DNA of 63,480 nt, counting the filler, from Reticulomyxa filosa (taxonomy: Eukaryota; Protista; Foraminifera): the NCBI GenBank assembly GCA_000512085.1. It is 24 parts of 24 records of this genome, joined end to end, with 100 filler letters (N's around TTAATTAATTAA, not from the genome) between each part and the next. Parts side by side here need not be neighbours in the genome. Positions count along the whole stretch, not along the records: positions 38,035 to 39,034 come from ASPP01044426.1; positions 39,135 to 40,574 come from ASPP01022517.1; positions 40,675 to 44,298 come from ASPP01029333.1; positions 44,399 to 46,207 come from ASPP01004685.1; positions 46,308 to 50,042 come from ASPP01019565.1; positions 50,143 to 54,367 come from ASPP01024507.1; 18 more parts are not named here. One strand, written 5' to 3'. Every line of letters begins with the position of its first letter. Position 1 is the stretch's first letter. The position numbers and the translations under genes are program-made. Below the pieces are notes generated by a model. That model searched no databases and had not been told where the DNA came from. It saw only the letters and a list, made by a program, of their open reading frames with translations. Below, piece after piece: positions 38,387 through 50,181 of the stretch.

Positions 38387-39221
38387 TAGCACTTATTTAG
38401 TAACAACTTTCGTATTACATTTGGTACTTCTTTTTTTTTTTTTTTTAAAAAAAAAAGTTTCTAAATCGTGTGATTGTTATGAAGGAATTGTACAATTCTA
38501 AATATAATAATGGCTCTGAAAATTGATTGTAAACAAGCAATATATATACATATATAGATAATAATAAAATGTCTTTATTATCTTTTGGATCTGATTGGAA
38601 AGGAGGAAATAGACATACATTGGTAATAAAATATGTAAGTATTTGAGGTGATATATCAAACAAATCAAGCAATTACTATCAAAATCCAAAAAATAAACAA
38701 TGAAATATAGAGTTGAATTAATTGATATAAAGAAAGAATTATTACAAATTTCAGAAAATTATTTGAACATGAAATTATATGCAATAAGATAGTGAATCAT
38801 TTTTGACCAAAGTAAATTTTATGAAAATACATACAAATATAATGATTAATTTGTGGACATGGAGACAATAAAATTATGTTGGTGACAAGTGATGGAAAAC
38901 AATATGAAGATATGAATAAAGCACTGATTGCAGGAGAGAATTATCTAAAAAAACAATTTCTAACAACTGTTAAAGTAAAAACAACTCAAAAAATTAATAA
39001 AATATCATATATCAAAGATAATTTCATCAAAATTNNNNNNNNNNNNNNNNNNNNNNNNNNNNNNNNNNNNNNNNNNNNTTAATTAATTAANNNNNNNNNN
39101 NNNNNNNNNNNNNNNNNNNNNNNNNNNNNNNNNNTATACAATATATATATATATATATATTGTATATTTATTTATTTACTTTTTTACTAAAAAAAAAAAA
39201 AGTTTTTAAAGATATTCTCAC

Positions 39222-39591
39222 CTCCACCAATCACCAACACATCGTAGCTACCGCAATACACGTCGGCTTCGTCGTTCCAAGCAATGTCTTTCTTTCGGAT
39301 GTGGTCCTTCAGATCGTGCTGCGGATAGTGGTAGATTCGTCTTTGCTCGTCGTTCGCGTAGATGTGCTGTTGCGGGGTTTTCGATGGCCCCACCACTTGT
39401 CCCCATTCCTTTGCTCTGCTTTTCCTCAAAAACGAGTACATGGAATACATCGATACACCAAAGCCCACCAATGCAAACACTTTTTCACATATTACCAGCT
39501 TTCGTGTTTGCTTCCATTCTTCCCACAAACTACTCCCCGCTTTTGTCAACGACGACCACGACAGATTCTCACGCAACTGTGCAAACGTCAT
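39222..39591 (-). CDS. First exon of a probable FAD-dependent oxidoreductase with an N-terminal TM segment (truncated)
   Basis: The exon ends YDVLVIGG|G (start of a dinucleotide-binding GxG motif) at a GT donor. Hydrophobic stretch upstream. Confidence 0.6.
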
Positions 39592-39983
39592 CCTGATCTT
39601 CTCTATCCAAATTATACTTCACTTTTACACAACAAAAAGGAAGGGAATGGAGGTATCTTGTCCCTTCTTTCTTTGCAAAGTTTGGCTTGCTGTTGGATCA
39701 AGAGTGCAAAAGTAGTAACCCTTTAAACACTTTTTTTTTCGTTCGGATTAAATACTGCACAATTAGTTGTATGAATGGAGGAAAAAAAGAAATTTTTTTT
39801 TGTGGCCACCTTAAAGACAAGATATTTTTTAAAAAAGAGAGCTTCATACGTAATGCAAAGTTTGTGGGAGGGACAGCTAACAGCCTGAAATAGCAAGAAA
39901 AAAAGGGTGCTAAGCAAACGCGTGTCCCTCCATCGTGAATTTTGTGTTGAGCAGATCAGTATTTTAATTCATAATAAATAAAT

Positions 39984-40470
39984 ATGTCAATTAAACTCCG
40001 TGATCTCATCCGAAATGTGCGTGCATGCAAAACTGCTGCGGAAGAGCGATCAGTGATAACCAAGGAACTGGCAGCAATTCGTACTGCATTTAAGCAACAA
40101 AGTATTTTGAAAAAACAAACAACACACATACATACACAAACATGAAGTTAATCACCTTTCCTCCCAATTTTTTTTTTTTTTTTTGGTTGATAAACTGGCC
40201 ACATCCCTTTCACAACAATCCTATTTGTGATTGACCAAAAAAAAAAAAAAAATACAAAGGCCCAGAAGAGCGAGAGAATCGCCATCGAAATATCGCCAAG
40301 TTGATGTATGTAGATATGTTGGGATATCCCACACACTTTGCGCAAATGGAAGTGTTGAAATTGCTGGCATCATCAATGTTCCCAGAAAAAAGACTAGGGT
40401 ATTTGGCCTTGATGCAACTCTTGGACGAAAACGCTGAAGTGCTGATGTTGGCCACTCAGGCTTTGAAAAA
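39984..40470 (+). CDS. AP1G1: AP-1 complex subunit gamma (gamma-adaptin), exons 1-2 (39984-40101, 40260-40470), truncated
   Basis: [71 protein letters not shown]. Confidence 0.93.
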
Positions 40471-40674
40471 GTAATTTTATTTAATCTTGTTTTTATTTTT
40501 TTTTTTTTTTGCAATTCACTCTTGCGTGCGTTTTTTTAAGTCAACAATAAAAAGTATACGTAAGATTAAATTAANNNNNNNNNNNNNNNNNNNNNNNNNN
40601 NNNNNNNNNNNNNNNNNNTTAATTAATTAANNNNNNNNNNNNNNNNNNNNNNNNNNNNNNNNNNNNNNNNNNNN

Positions 40675-41818
40675 TGGATTGAGCCCAGTGTTATTTCATT
40701 ACCTGTTTTTAGTATACGTATTGGAGCGTTACAACTCATTGGCTGCGTATTTAGCAGACGACAACTTGGTGACATTGTACGCGACGTACGTGCACCAAGT
40801 ACAGTACGAGCTGACCGTGGAAAACAACAACCCGACGACGTCCACATACGGCAAGAACGTGCCAAGCGAGCAAGACCGCGTGTACTTGAAGCCCTATGCG
40901 GTGCAAACCATTACGCCATTGTTCCAAGCCGTCGCACAATTCCTGGTTGCCAAAAGGATACAAATGCGAGGGATCGAAACCGACACATCGTTGCAATTGC
41001 TTCAATCCGCCAACTTTGTCTTTGATTTGTCTTCAACGACGCACGTGCATGTTCAACTGCATGCAAACATGCAATCTCAATCAAACATGCAGTCACAATT
41101 GCAATCGTATTTACAATCGCAATCGCAATCGCAGTTGCAATTGCCTCGACAGTCACGAGCCGAAGGAGAGATTGTAAGCCATAATGATACCATAGAAATA
41201 GAACTCCCTCTGAATAAAGAGCAGCAAATGCCGCCACTTGGAAGAAGACAAAACAAGTACGACTTCATTCTTGCAAAACACAGAGGCATAAGTTGGAATT
41301 GTCCCGGCGTGCTGTTTTTCCTTGCCGCCGAGTTGGTATTGTTTTGGGTCGCTTATAATCCTTATCAGTTCATTGCGAAGCACAGTGGCTTTGCAATATT
41401 TATCGTCGTCGCAATCAGCCATGGTCTTAGCGTCATCTTCTCCGGCATGTTGACGTACTTGCATTTCACCAATTTGCATTTGCATTTGGACATGTTCTTT
41501 TCATGGACGCACAGTCTCATATTTTTAGAAAAGGAACTCGATCACTTTTCATTGAAACGACAACATGCGTATTTGGACTTTGACCGATCTTGCTTTTTAA
41601 CATATCTGCAAGAAATTTACTCCGATTATTTGACCGCGCGCTTCATTCAAACGCGACTCCAAAGTCCTATTGCCGATGTCGTCAATTTGTACCTTTTTTG
41701 GCTATGTCTTTCAGTCCGATTATTTGTTGCATCAAAGTCCGACTCCAACTTTTCGATCGTGGCAGCCCATTACACTGGATCGACATTGTCAAGTCCAACA
41801 TTCGTATTCTGGAGATGA
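40675..41818 (+). CDS. Hypothetical membrane protein, 3' part
   Basis: ~380-codon open frame with 2 hydrophobic segments and a QS-repeat. No family recognised. Confidence 0.6.
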
Positions 41819-42539
41819 ACAGCAACCAATCTCGTTGCTCAAACAAACATGTGTTTTGTCGTTCAATTGAACTCTACTTTATGTGTTGTGTGTATTGCTT
41901 TCGATTGTTTTTCATTCGTTTGAAAATAAAATATACAGATTTTTTACATTTGTCAATTGTGTGCAGTTTTTTTATTGTTCAAAAAAAAAAAGATATTGTG
42001 GCAATGGTTTTTTAATCAAATTTCCATTTTTAAAAAAAATACAAGAATCAACAATTCAAAAAAAGGGTCATATAATATAATACGAATATCATCATTGTAA
42101 TTTGTTGTCCAACACAAACGAAGAAAAATGATAAATTACAAAAAAAATTGACTTATACAGCCAACATGCTCAACGTCAAATCATTAATTTAATCTTGCAC
42201 ATTGGCTGGATACGCGCATGTGTATATCGATGATTAAAGCAAGACAACATACATCAATTAGTAATATTCTTGTTTTTTTTATGTAGAAATGTTATTATTT
42301 GATTGCAATGTCACATGTCATATAAGATACTTTTTAAATTCATTGAAAAAGAATGGAATAAATATGTTCTTTTCAACAACACAGTTTTAGTGAAAATTAA
42401 AAACGGCAAAATTAATCTTTAACAAACTGCTAATAAAATAATTGAATTAATTTTACAATAATAAAAATCGTACATTTTAATAAATAAACTAAAAAATCAT
42501 GCACTTTTTTGTGTACCAATAAGTTCAAGGATCTCCCTT

Positions 42540-43120
42540 CATTTCGAAAAGAGTTTTTTGGATAAATCTACTCCGTTTTTTTATCTCAAATGGAACGACT
42601 TCAAGAAGTATTCAGCACAATTAAAGAAGAAATCATTTCAGCAATATGGAACTTATGTAAGAGAGACTTGGAGGAAACAACAATTATCCTGGGACTCATT
42701 GTAGAGAATACGTTAAGTCATACAAACACATTTGACAACAAACTAGTTCAAATATTATTTTTCTAAAACTAATTTTAACAATACATTAATTTTAGCACAA
42801 CTTCTCAACAACAATTTTATTTAATGGAATTATTAAAAACATTTAATAATAAGATTGACAAAACGACTATTTTGAAAACATGGAGAAATTGCAATCAAAC
42901 TTATGTCGATACACTTGATGAATTAAGCGAAATTTGCGCAACTTCCAGCATGCATGAGTTAAACTTGAATGAATATAAAGTAAACAAAAAATGATTTGTA
43001 AAATGATAGGTATCAAGAAGGAAATGAATTAAAAATACTTCGAGAAATGTGTTTGCATATTTTGTGGAATATTTTGAAATATCCTAAACATATTAAATAT
43101 AGTCAAATTAATACGCAAGT
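42540..43120 (+). pseudogene. Degenerate fragment of a PUB-domain-like lineage-expanded family
   Basis: LREMCLHILWNILKYPKHIKYSQIN fits the PUB L..I..NI...P...KYR.I pattern. Surrounding frames are broken. Confidence 0.5.
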
Positions 43121-44022
43121 TGTAGTTTATTGTAGTATTTTGTTTTTTTGTTGCTATTATTTTTGCAGTATTTCAATGACTTTGCATATTTGTGTCAAAC
43201 TTAATAGCTTTTGTAATTTGTAGTTTTACCTGTACAATTTGCAACGCTTCACCAAATTGTTGTGGTAGTTATTGATAATATACTTTTGGTATACGTAATA
43301 TCAACATCAAGCATACTAAAATTAAATTGTTATTGGACTACTTTGACTGTAGTTTATATTTATTTACGATGAATTAATTACGCACTTTAAGCTGATCTTT
43401 AATCTAGAACTTGACCATGTGATATAATCTTACTATTATATCTTTATTCATTTTGTCGTTGAAAGATTTATACAGACACGAAATATGATAACATCATTTC
43501 CTTATTTTCAAGGACGAATTTAGATATATTATGTTGAAAGTATAAGTGATATGATTTTTGCTTTTGAAATTCTTGTACTATCATTAAGCCTGAATTTTAT
43601 TTTTTGTTATTGTGCAATTAAATCTATCAAGTATATAAATTCACTTCAATTTTTTTTCATTACAGTATTCTTTTTTTCAATAAAACTAATTGCAACGTAG
43701 CGATAATTAAAGAACAGAGATACTGTTAAGCATTGAATGAATTATCACCACATATTCACAGTCACTCAGAATTGATGAACTTACTCTCAAAATAATTGAA
43801 AGTTCCATCAAAGTCAATTTTGAAAGTGAAGAGTGAATACTGTGATTAAAAGTATATGATCATATACTTTTCTTTCTTTTCATTACATCAAAAAATAATT
43901 TATCAAAAAAAAAAATTATCATTTGCATCTGTATCACTTTCATTTTAATTTTTTTATTGAAAAAAAAAGATTGAAAAATCTCATATTCACTCAAAGTCAA
44001 ATCAGCCAACAAGATGTCTTCA

Positions 44023-44298
44023 CTATCCCCAAATACGAATCATACCCATACATGAACCGTAACACAAATTAATACCGTAACTAATATCATCATTGATTTT
44101 TCTATTCTTTTCATTCTTTTTTAATTGTAAAAACTTCAAACAAATTATTCCTCCATCTTTATTATCTCCTTCGATCACACACAATTGATCCTTATTTGAT
44201 CGAATATCCCAAAAACGAATTGTATTATCCCATGATCCAGAACATATAACATTTGAATTACCAATACTATTATTTATTACAAATGGTGAATATTCAAC
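44023..44298 (-). CDS. WD40-repeat protein 3' end, same expanded family as 30773-31642
   Basis: VEYSPFVI..GNSNVICSGSWDNTIRFWDIRSNK..CYGS..IRIWG* closely parallels the C-terminus at 30773-31050. Confidence 0.85.
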   Translation of the reverse strand, partial: VEYSPFVINNSIGNSNVICSGSWDNTIRFWDIRSNKDQLCVIEGDNKDGGIICLKFLQLKKNEKNRKINDDISYGINLCYGSCMGMIRIWG

Positions 44299-44414
44299 NN
44301 NNNNNNNNNNNNNNNNNNNNNNNNNNNNNNNNNNNNNNNNNNTTAATTAATTAANNNNNNNNNNNNNNNNNNNNNNNNNNNNNNNNNNNNNNNNNNNNAA
44401 AAAAAAAAAACATA

Positions 44415-46169
44415 ACCTAATGCCATCTCTGGCGTGACAGCCTCTCCCAAAATTTTTTGCGCTTTTTGAAATGGTGTTTGTGACATGTCACAAGCCTGTG
44501 CAAACTCACTCCAATATTTTTGAGCGCTGTTTGCCAGCATGACATATCTTCGAGTGGTCCAACCTCGATGACTTGCAGATGTGACGTAATCGATCGCGAT
44601 TTTGTTTTTGACGCCCATTTTCCATTGCAACTTCCACAAATGGTTATTGTCTCCGTCCATCATCTCGGCCAATCCAACCAAATCGCCTGTTTTTTTGGTG
44701 CTTCCGCCTAATCCACCGCCACTCTTTTGTTTGGTCATTTCTTTGTTTGTTGTCCCTGTTGATTTTTGTTTTAGTTGGAATGTCGACGGAGTGAATGACG
44801 CATTATCGCAGAAAAAACAAACACTCGAACAAACAAACCAGGAAAAGAGGGGTCGCTTATGGTGAATGCGTCGTCATGGGTCGGTAACATAGACAATCCA
44901 ACGGATTGCAGAACAGGTGTGACAGTGGGGTTTAACACGCCCGCTAACTTTGGCGTGGTTTGTAGTGAGGGCAATTGGTTTGGTGTGTTGGTTGCACTTG
45001 CTCCGTTTCCGGTCGAAAGCTCTGGAGTCGTCAATGCATCAGTTAACATCAGATACTGGTCCGGCGATTCATGATTGATCACGGAGGAATTGCGACGACG
45101 AAGCATTGCTTGCTGTTGTGCTCCTTTCGACTTGACAAACATGACCTGGGCCATGGTAGGGTCCATGCGTGGGAGCCAATGTGGATATAGTTCATGGTAC
45201 AATGGGTCTGGCCGGTCGTGCTGTGGCACTGTCAATGGTCGGTGAAAGTACTCACAACTCCAATCGAACAACGTGGATGTGCACAAATCTCTCCATTCCT
45301 CTTCCATCGTTTTCGTGCTCAAATCCAATATTGAATGAGGTTGTGGTGTCATCGATCTTATATGCATCATATTTTTGTTGTCGATTGTCATTGTTATTGT
45401 TATTGTTGCTTTTGACAGGGGGAAAATATAAAAAAACAATACCTGTTTCTTGCGTCATTGTTTGTAGTGTTTTCCTTTCAGCAGGGACAGGTGGAGGCGG
45501 CTCGGTAGGTGGAGGTGGACGTCCTTTCGCCAGTTTTTCCACTCCCATGATCCCTAAAATCCCACTGCTACTTGCTACTTGTTTGTGCTTAGATCTCTAT
45601 TTATGTTTGTTTGTTTGTTTGTTTGTCTGTTTTTTTGGCTCAATTGAAAATCAAATATATAAGAGTATGCATATGTATTGAATAAACGTGTACTGGCTCA
45701 TTTGTTTCCGATTTGTTTGCATTGTCACTCATCGAACGTGGACGTTGAAATTTGGAGTCAGTGTTTTTGTTGGTTGGATCCATTACATGTCGCAATCGGC
45801 ATGCTTCTTTCCATATTGCAACTAATGGATCGTGTGACAATGTCGCGACACACGTATAAATTGCCTTTCTAGCAATGTACTCTATTTCACATCATTCCAT
45901 TGTTATTTGTATACAAACAAATACATATACATATATGTATATGTATATATTAGATATTTCATATTCCAACAAACCTTCTTCTTTCAAATCACTATCTGTT
46001 GTTTTTTGTTCTTGAATTGTGGATTGTTCGTTCAATCCATCAGGTGGAGGTGATATTAGGCCTTGTTCAAGTTCTTGTACTTGCGAGTCATTGTCTTCAT
46101 TGTCACACCGTCCGGTCAAAGGAGTAGAAGGAGCACTTGCTGCAGTAAGTGCTCCACTAATTACATTTT

Positions 46170-46180
<11 letters not shown>
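44415..46180 (-). CDS. Hypothetical multi-exon protein with a proline-rich motif (both ends truncated)
   Basis: Successive co-oriented coding blocks separated by AT-rich introns, including PPPPTEPPPPVP. No family recognised. Confidence 0.55.
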
Positions 46181-46207
<27 letters not shown>

Positions 46208-46839
46208 NNNNNNNNNNNNNNNNNNNNNNNNNNNNNNNNNNNNNNNNNNNNTTAATTAATTAANNNNNNNNNNNNNNNNNNNNNNNNNNNNNNNNNNNNN
46301 NNNNNNNTTCTTAATGTGAAAAGCGTAGATTATTTTAGAACTAATTCCGGTCTTTCTACGACGCTTCTACACCAACAGGAACAGTAATAAGTTAAAAAAT
46401 TGCTGTTTTTTGTGCTATTCTCAAAAGTGACATATAATTAAGTTTTTTAGAAATTTTTATACATTCTTTGTTGTTTGATGTTTATTCTTTTATATATTAA
46501 AACAATTATTTCTTTTGTTTGCTTAACATTAAGACAGTTGAATTATGTAATTAAATACGCAAAAAAAAAAAAATACAAGTTTTCAATTTTCCAAAATACA
46601 AAAAATTTGGACAAATTTTTTCTTATCAACAATCAACAAATTATTTTCCAACAAAAACACTTTCATGATCTGTGTTATATTTGTTTGTATTAATCATGAT
46701 AGAGTAATAACTTTTTTTTAATTCAGCTGTACGAGATGCATTGTGAATTATTTTAAAAAAGACTTGTAACACTTGAAAAAAACTCTTCAACCTACTAGTG
46801 TAGTGTGAAAAGGCACTTATGAAAAGAAACAACACGTAC

Positions 46840-47321
46840 GTCGAGATGAATATCAAATCGTTCATAGGGTCATAGTCACCAAATGCACTTGCACATCGCA
46901 ATGTCAATTGGTCCATTTCAATCCATTCCTCGTCTGCAAACAACCTCCACGGAAATGACGACTCCTCGTTGTTTTGGACAGATGCAATGTTCAAGTCATC
47001 CGGAGAAATACTCCATGACAATCGGTATGCCCATCCACTGTCGCTTCCGAGTGTCTCAATTGAACCCAACAACCATTTGCCTGAGTCTCTCTCTCGGCTA
47101 TTCTCATCCCCACTATAGTGGTAGATCACTCGGGTGCCATTAATTTCTTTGTATACCAAGCGATCGTCTATTCGCAATTTGCTATCCATCTCAAATATTC
47201 CATCTATCCACTCTACACCACTGTTCACACCACCGCCCACTACAATACGAGTGCAACTATTACTCACCTGGCTCATCAATACTAGTGCCAACAGGAGTGA
47301 AGAAAACATTTTTGAAAACAT
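46840..47321 (-). CDS. Hypothetical secreted protein with a Cys-flanked beta-rich module
   Basis: Signal-peptide-like LLLALVLMSQVSNS then C..I.V.G..DGIF..RLVYK..IYHY..KWLLG..GWAY..W..W..LRC. 3' end unresolved. Confidence 0.55.
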
Positions 47322-47679
47322 TTATATTTGAGCCGAGATGATCAATTAATTTGGGTTTGAACAAAAAAAGGAGCAAGTGAATCTAGAGACAAATTGTTTT
47401 GGTTGCTGTTTGAAGTAACTTGCAAAAGTTTTGTGCCCTTCATAAAAACTATTATAACGTCGAAAAACAGCAAAATGAAAAGAAACAGACAACAGGGGGG
47501 CTACTAAACTCCAAAGTTCAGTTTTGGAAAAATCAATAGATTTCAAAGATGGGAGGTTGTATGACACTGTTACCAGAGACAACCAAAAAGAAAAGAAAAT
47601 CTGCATTTGGTAACGATTTGAAAACAAAAACAGCTATAGAATGACAATAACTTCTTGTAACTACTGTAACTAAAAAAGG

Positions 47680-49524
47680 AAAACAAATCCAGTGAAGAAG
47701 AAACGAACTTGATATTGGAAAGCTGGATTCGTACACTTTCAATCCAACGAAGATGGATCAATGAGTTTAACAAAATCGTAGCAAAATATGTTTTTGTGAA
47801 CAACATTTTTTGAAAAAAAATTGTAAAAAAATGTGAATATCTGAACACATGCCAAATACTTTGTTGCAATGGGAATTGAAAACAATTGGGCCATCACTCA
47901 TTTCCATTTTGCCCAGTGCTTGTTTCATTTGGGTGAATATGAAAACGCCAAGCACTTTGCATTGCACGCGCAGGAACTCAACCGCACGCTGCCCCTCATC
48001 GCCCAACACATTGGCTCGTTTGTCCAAGATTGCGACGTTATGATTTTGCAAATGGCCAAAAGCACCAGTGATAATAAGTTCACACGCCAATTACCAATCG
48101 CTCGTCGCTGCTCTACGACACCAATACCATCAACGGCACATTGGAACAGTTCATCCAACAAACGTACCAACGCACTCCGTCCGATCGTAATATCGAGGAT
48201 AAAACTCGCCCATGGTTGATAACACGTCTCACACCAAACGTTCCCAAAGCTTTGTTCCCGATTGGGAACAAGAACAGCAACAACAACAACAACAACAGCG
48301 TCCGACCAATGAACACTTGCCTCATAGACACTCAAAAAAGAAAGAACAAACTCAAATACCAACACAAACATCAAAAACGTCAGTTCAAACACAAACACAA
48401 ACACCAACGCAAACAACTCAAACCCAAACTCCAATTCATGATGTTGCTCCCACTTCTTCTTCCCCTTCTTCGCAAAAAAAAAAACACAAACACAAACAAA
48501 AATCTTCGTCAAAACAAACCGATCAAAGCCAACACAATTCTCGTCACAGTAGTGACAAAGACACAAACAAAATGGCCGCCAGAGCCAATAGTGATCTCAC
48601 CAAAAGTCATGTGGACGCGGGAATGAAACCCAAAATTAAGCGAAAGTTATCTTGTCTTCAATCAGTATTTATTTATTTATTTATATACGTATGTAACAAA
48701 AAAAAAATAGAGAAATAAGCACACCCGCTGGAAGAACGGTAAAAAAAGAAAAGGAAAGGAAACGTGACTATGACTACAAGAACAAAAAAAGAGAGGAGAT
48801 TGTAAAAAAAAGAGGCAGGGGTAATGGAACGACAAAGACAACAAATTTTGTTCATCCTCATGAAATGCCCTCCCCTTCCCTTGGTAGTAGAACGCCAGGA
48901 AGTCAACAACAAACTCCTCACGACAAGACGACCTCGAAAAAAAAGAAAGCTCCTCGCACCAATGCAAAAGTAGGACAAACGAATGGAAACGTTTTCACTA
49001 ACAATGCCAATAATCGTCGCATGCGCAAGGAATCGGGTGATCGATCTCGTATTGGCACTCCAACTCGAATACACGTTTCAACTACGAAAAAAAAACAGAC
49101 AGATAAAAACCCTGATCAATCGATCAAAGAAAATAAAGTAAAAAAAAAAAGAATAATAATAATAATAATAATAATAATGGTAATAATGATGATAACAATA
49201 ACAATCATAATAGTACTACTAATAATTCTAATGTAAACAACAACAATAACAGTAATAATAACAATAGCAATACCAAAGTCTCTTCCAAAAAGAGCACCAC
49301 CCCAATTCGAACCCAAACGCCAACTCAAACTCAAAAGCAAACTCAAATTCCAACTCAATCTCAAACCCGAACTCCAACAGCACAATCTCAAAATGTGAAA
49401 TCAAGACAACAAACCGATACGAAAGAAAAAATGACCAACACCAAACAACCGCCTCACCCGCCCCTACCACCTCAACCACCTCAGCCAAACCGCTCCAAAT
49501 CCCGGCAAAAATCGAAACATGAGT
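47680..49524 (+). CDS. Hypothetical protein: TPR-like helix pair plus long Q/T/N/S low-complexity region; model uncertain
   Basis: EEETNLILESWIRTL..WINEFNKIVAKY, then HFHFAQCLFHLGEYENAKHFALHAQELN, then poly-Q/QT/N tracts. Several frame changes. Confidence 0.45.
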
Positions 49525-50181
49525 AATCAATTGATCGCCAATGGAAAAGAAAGGGAAACAGGGAAGACTCAGTCAAAAAGTCACGCTTTACATTTGTGTG
49601 TATTATGTAATTTTTTTTCTACGTCCCCCTTGTTTCCCATTACTATGATCCCCCCCGTTACTGTCATTATTGAAATATTAAGTTCTTTTTTTAGCCTTGT
49701 TGATATGACACGCCTTTAAAAAATTGTTTTGTTTTTTTTTTTTTTGGTAAAAGATAACAAACAATGAGACACTGTCTCTTGACATGCCTGGAACAAAATG
49801 TCCCATTTAAGTTTTGTTTTTGTTTGTAACCAGCCTCATTTTCTTTTTTGTTTTTTTATATTTTTATTTTGTTTCCTTCACTGTCCTTTCGACAAATAAG
49901 ATAGTGCTTATTTACGTTTGCTTGCTTTTTTTTTATTGTCAATGTTTGTCGATACATTGTTTTTTGCTTTCTTTTTTTGTATGTTTTTGTTTTGTTTGCT
50001 TTTTTGAAAATTTTCTTTTTTGATGCTATCCCATATCTGTTTNNNNNNNNNNNNNNNNNNNNNNNNNNNNNNNNNNNNNNNNNNNNTTAATTAATTAANN
50101 NNNNNNNNNNNNNNNNNNNNNNNNNNNNNNNNNNNNNNNNNNTAATGAAGAGGACCAGAAAAAACAAAGACCCAGGAAGAA

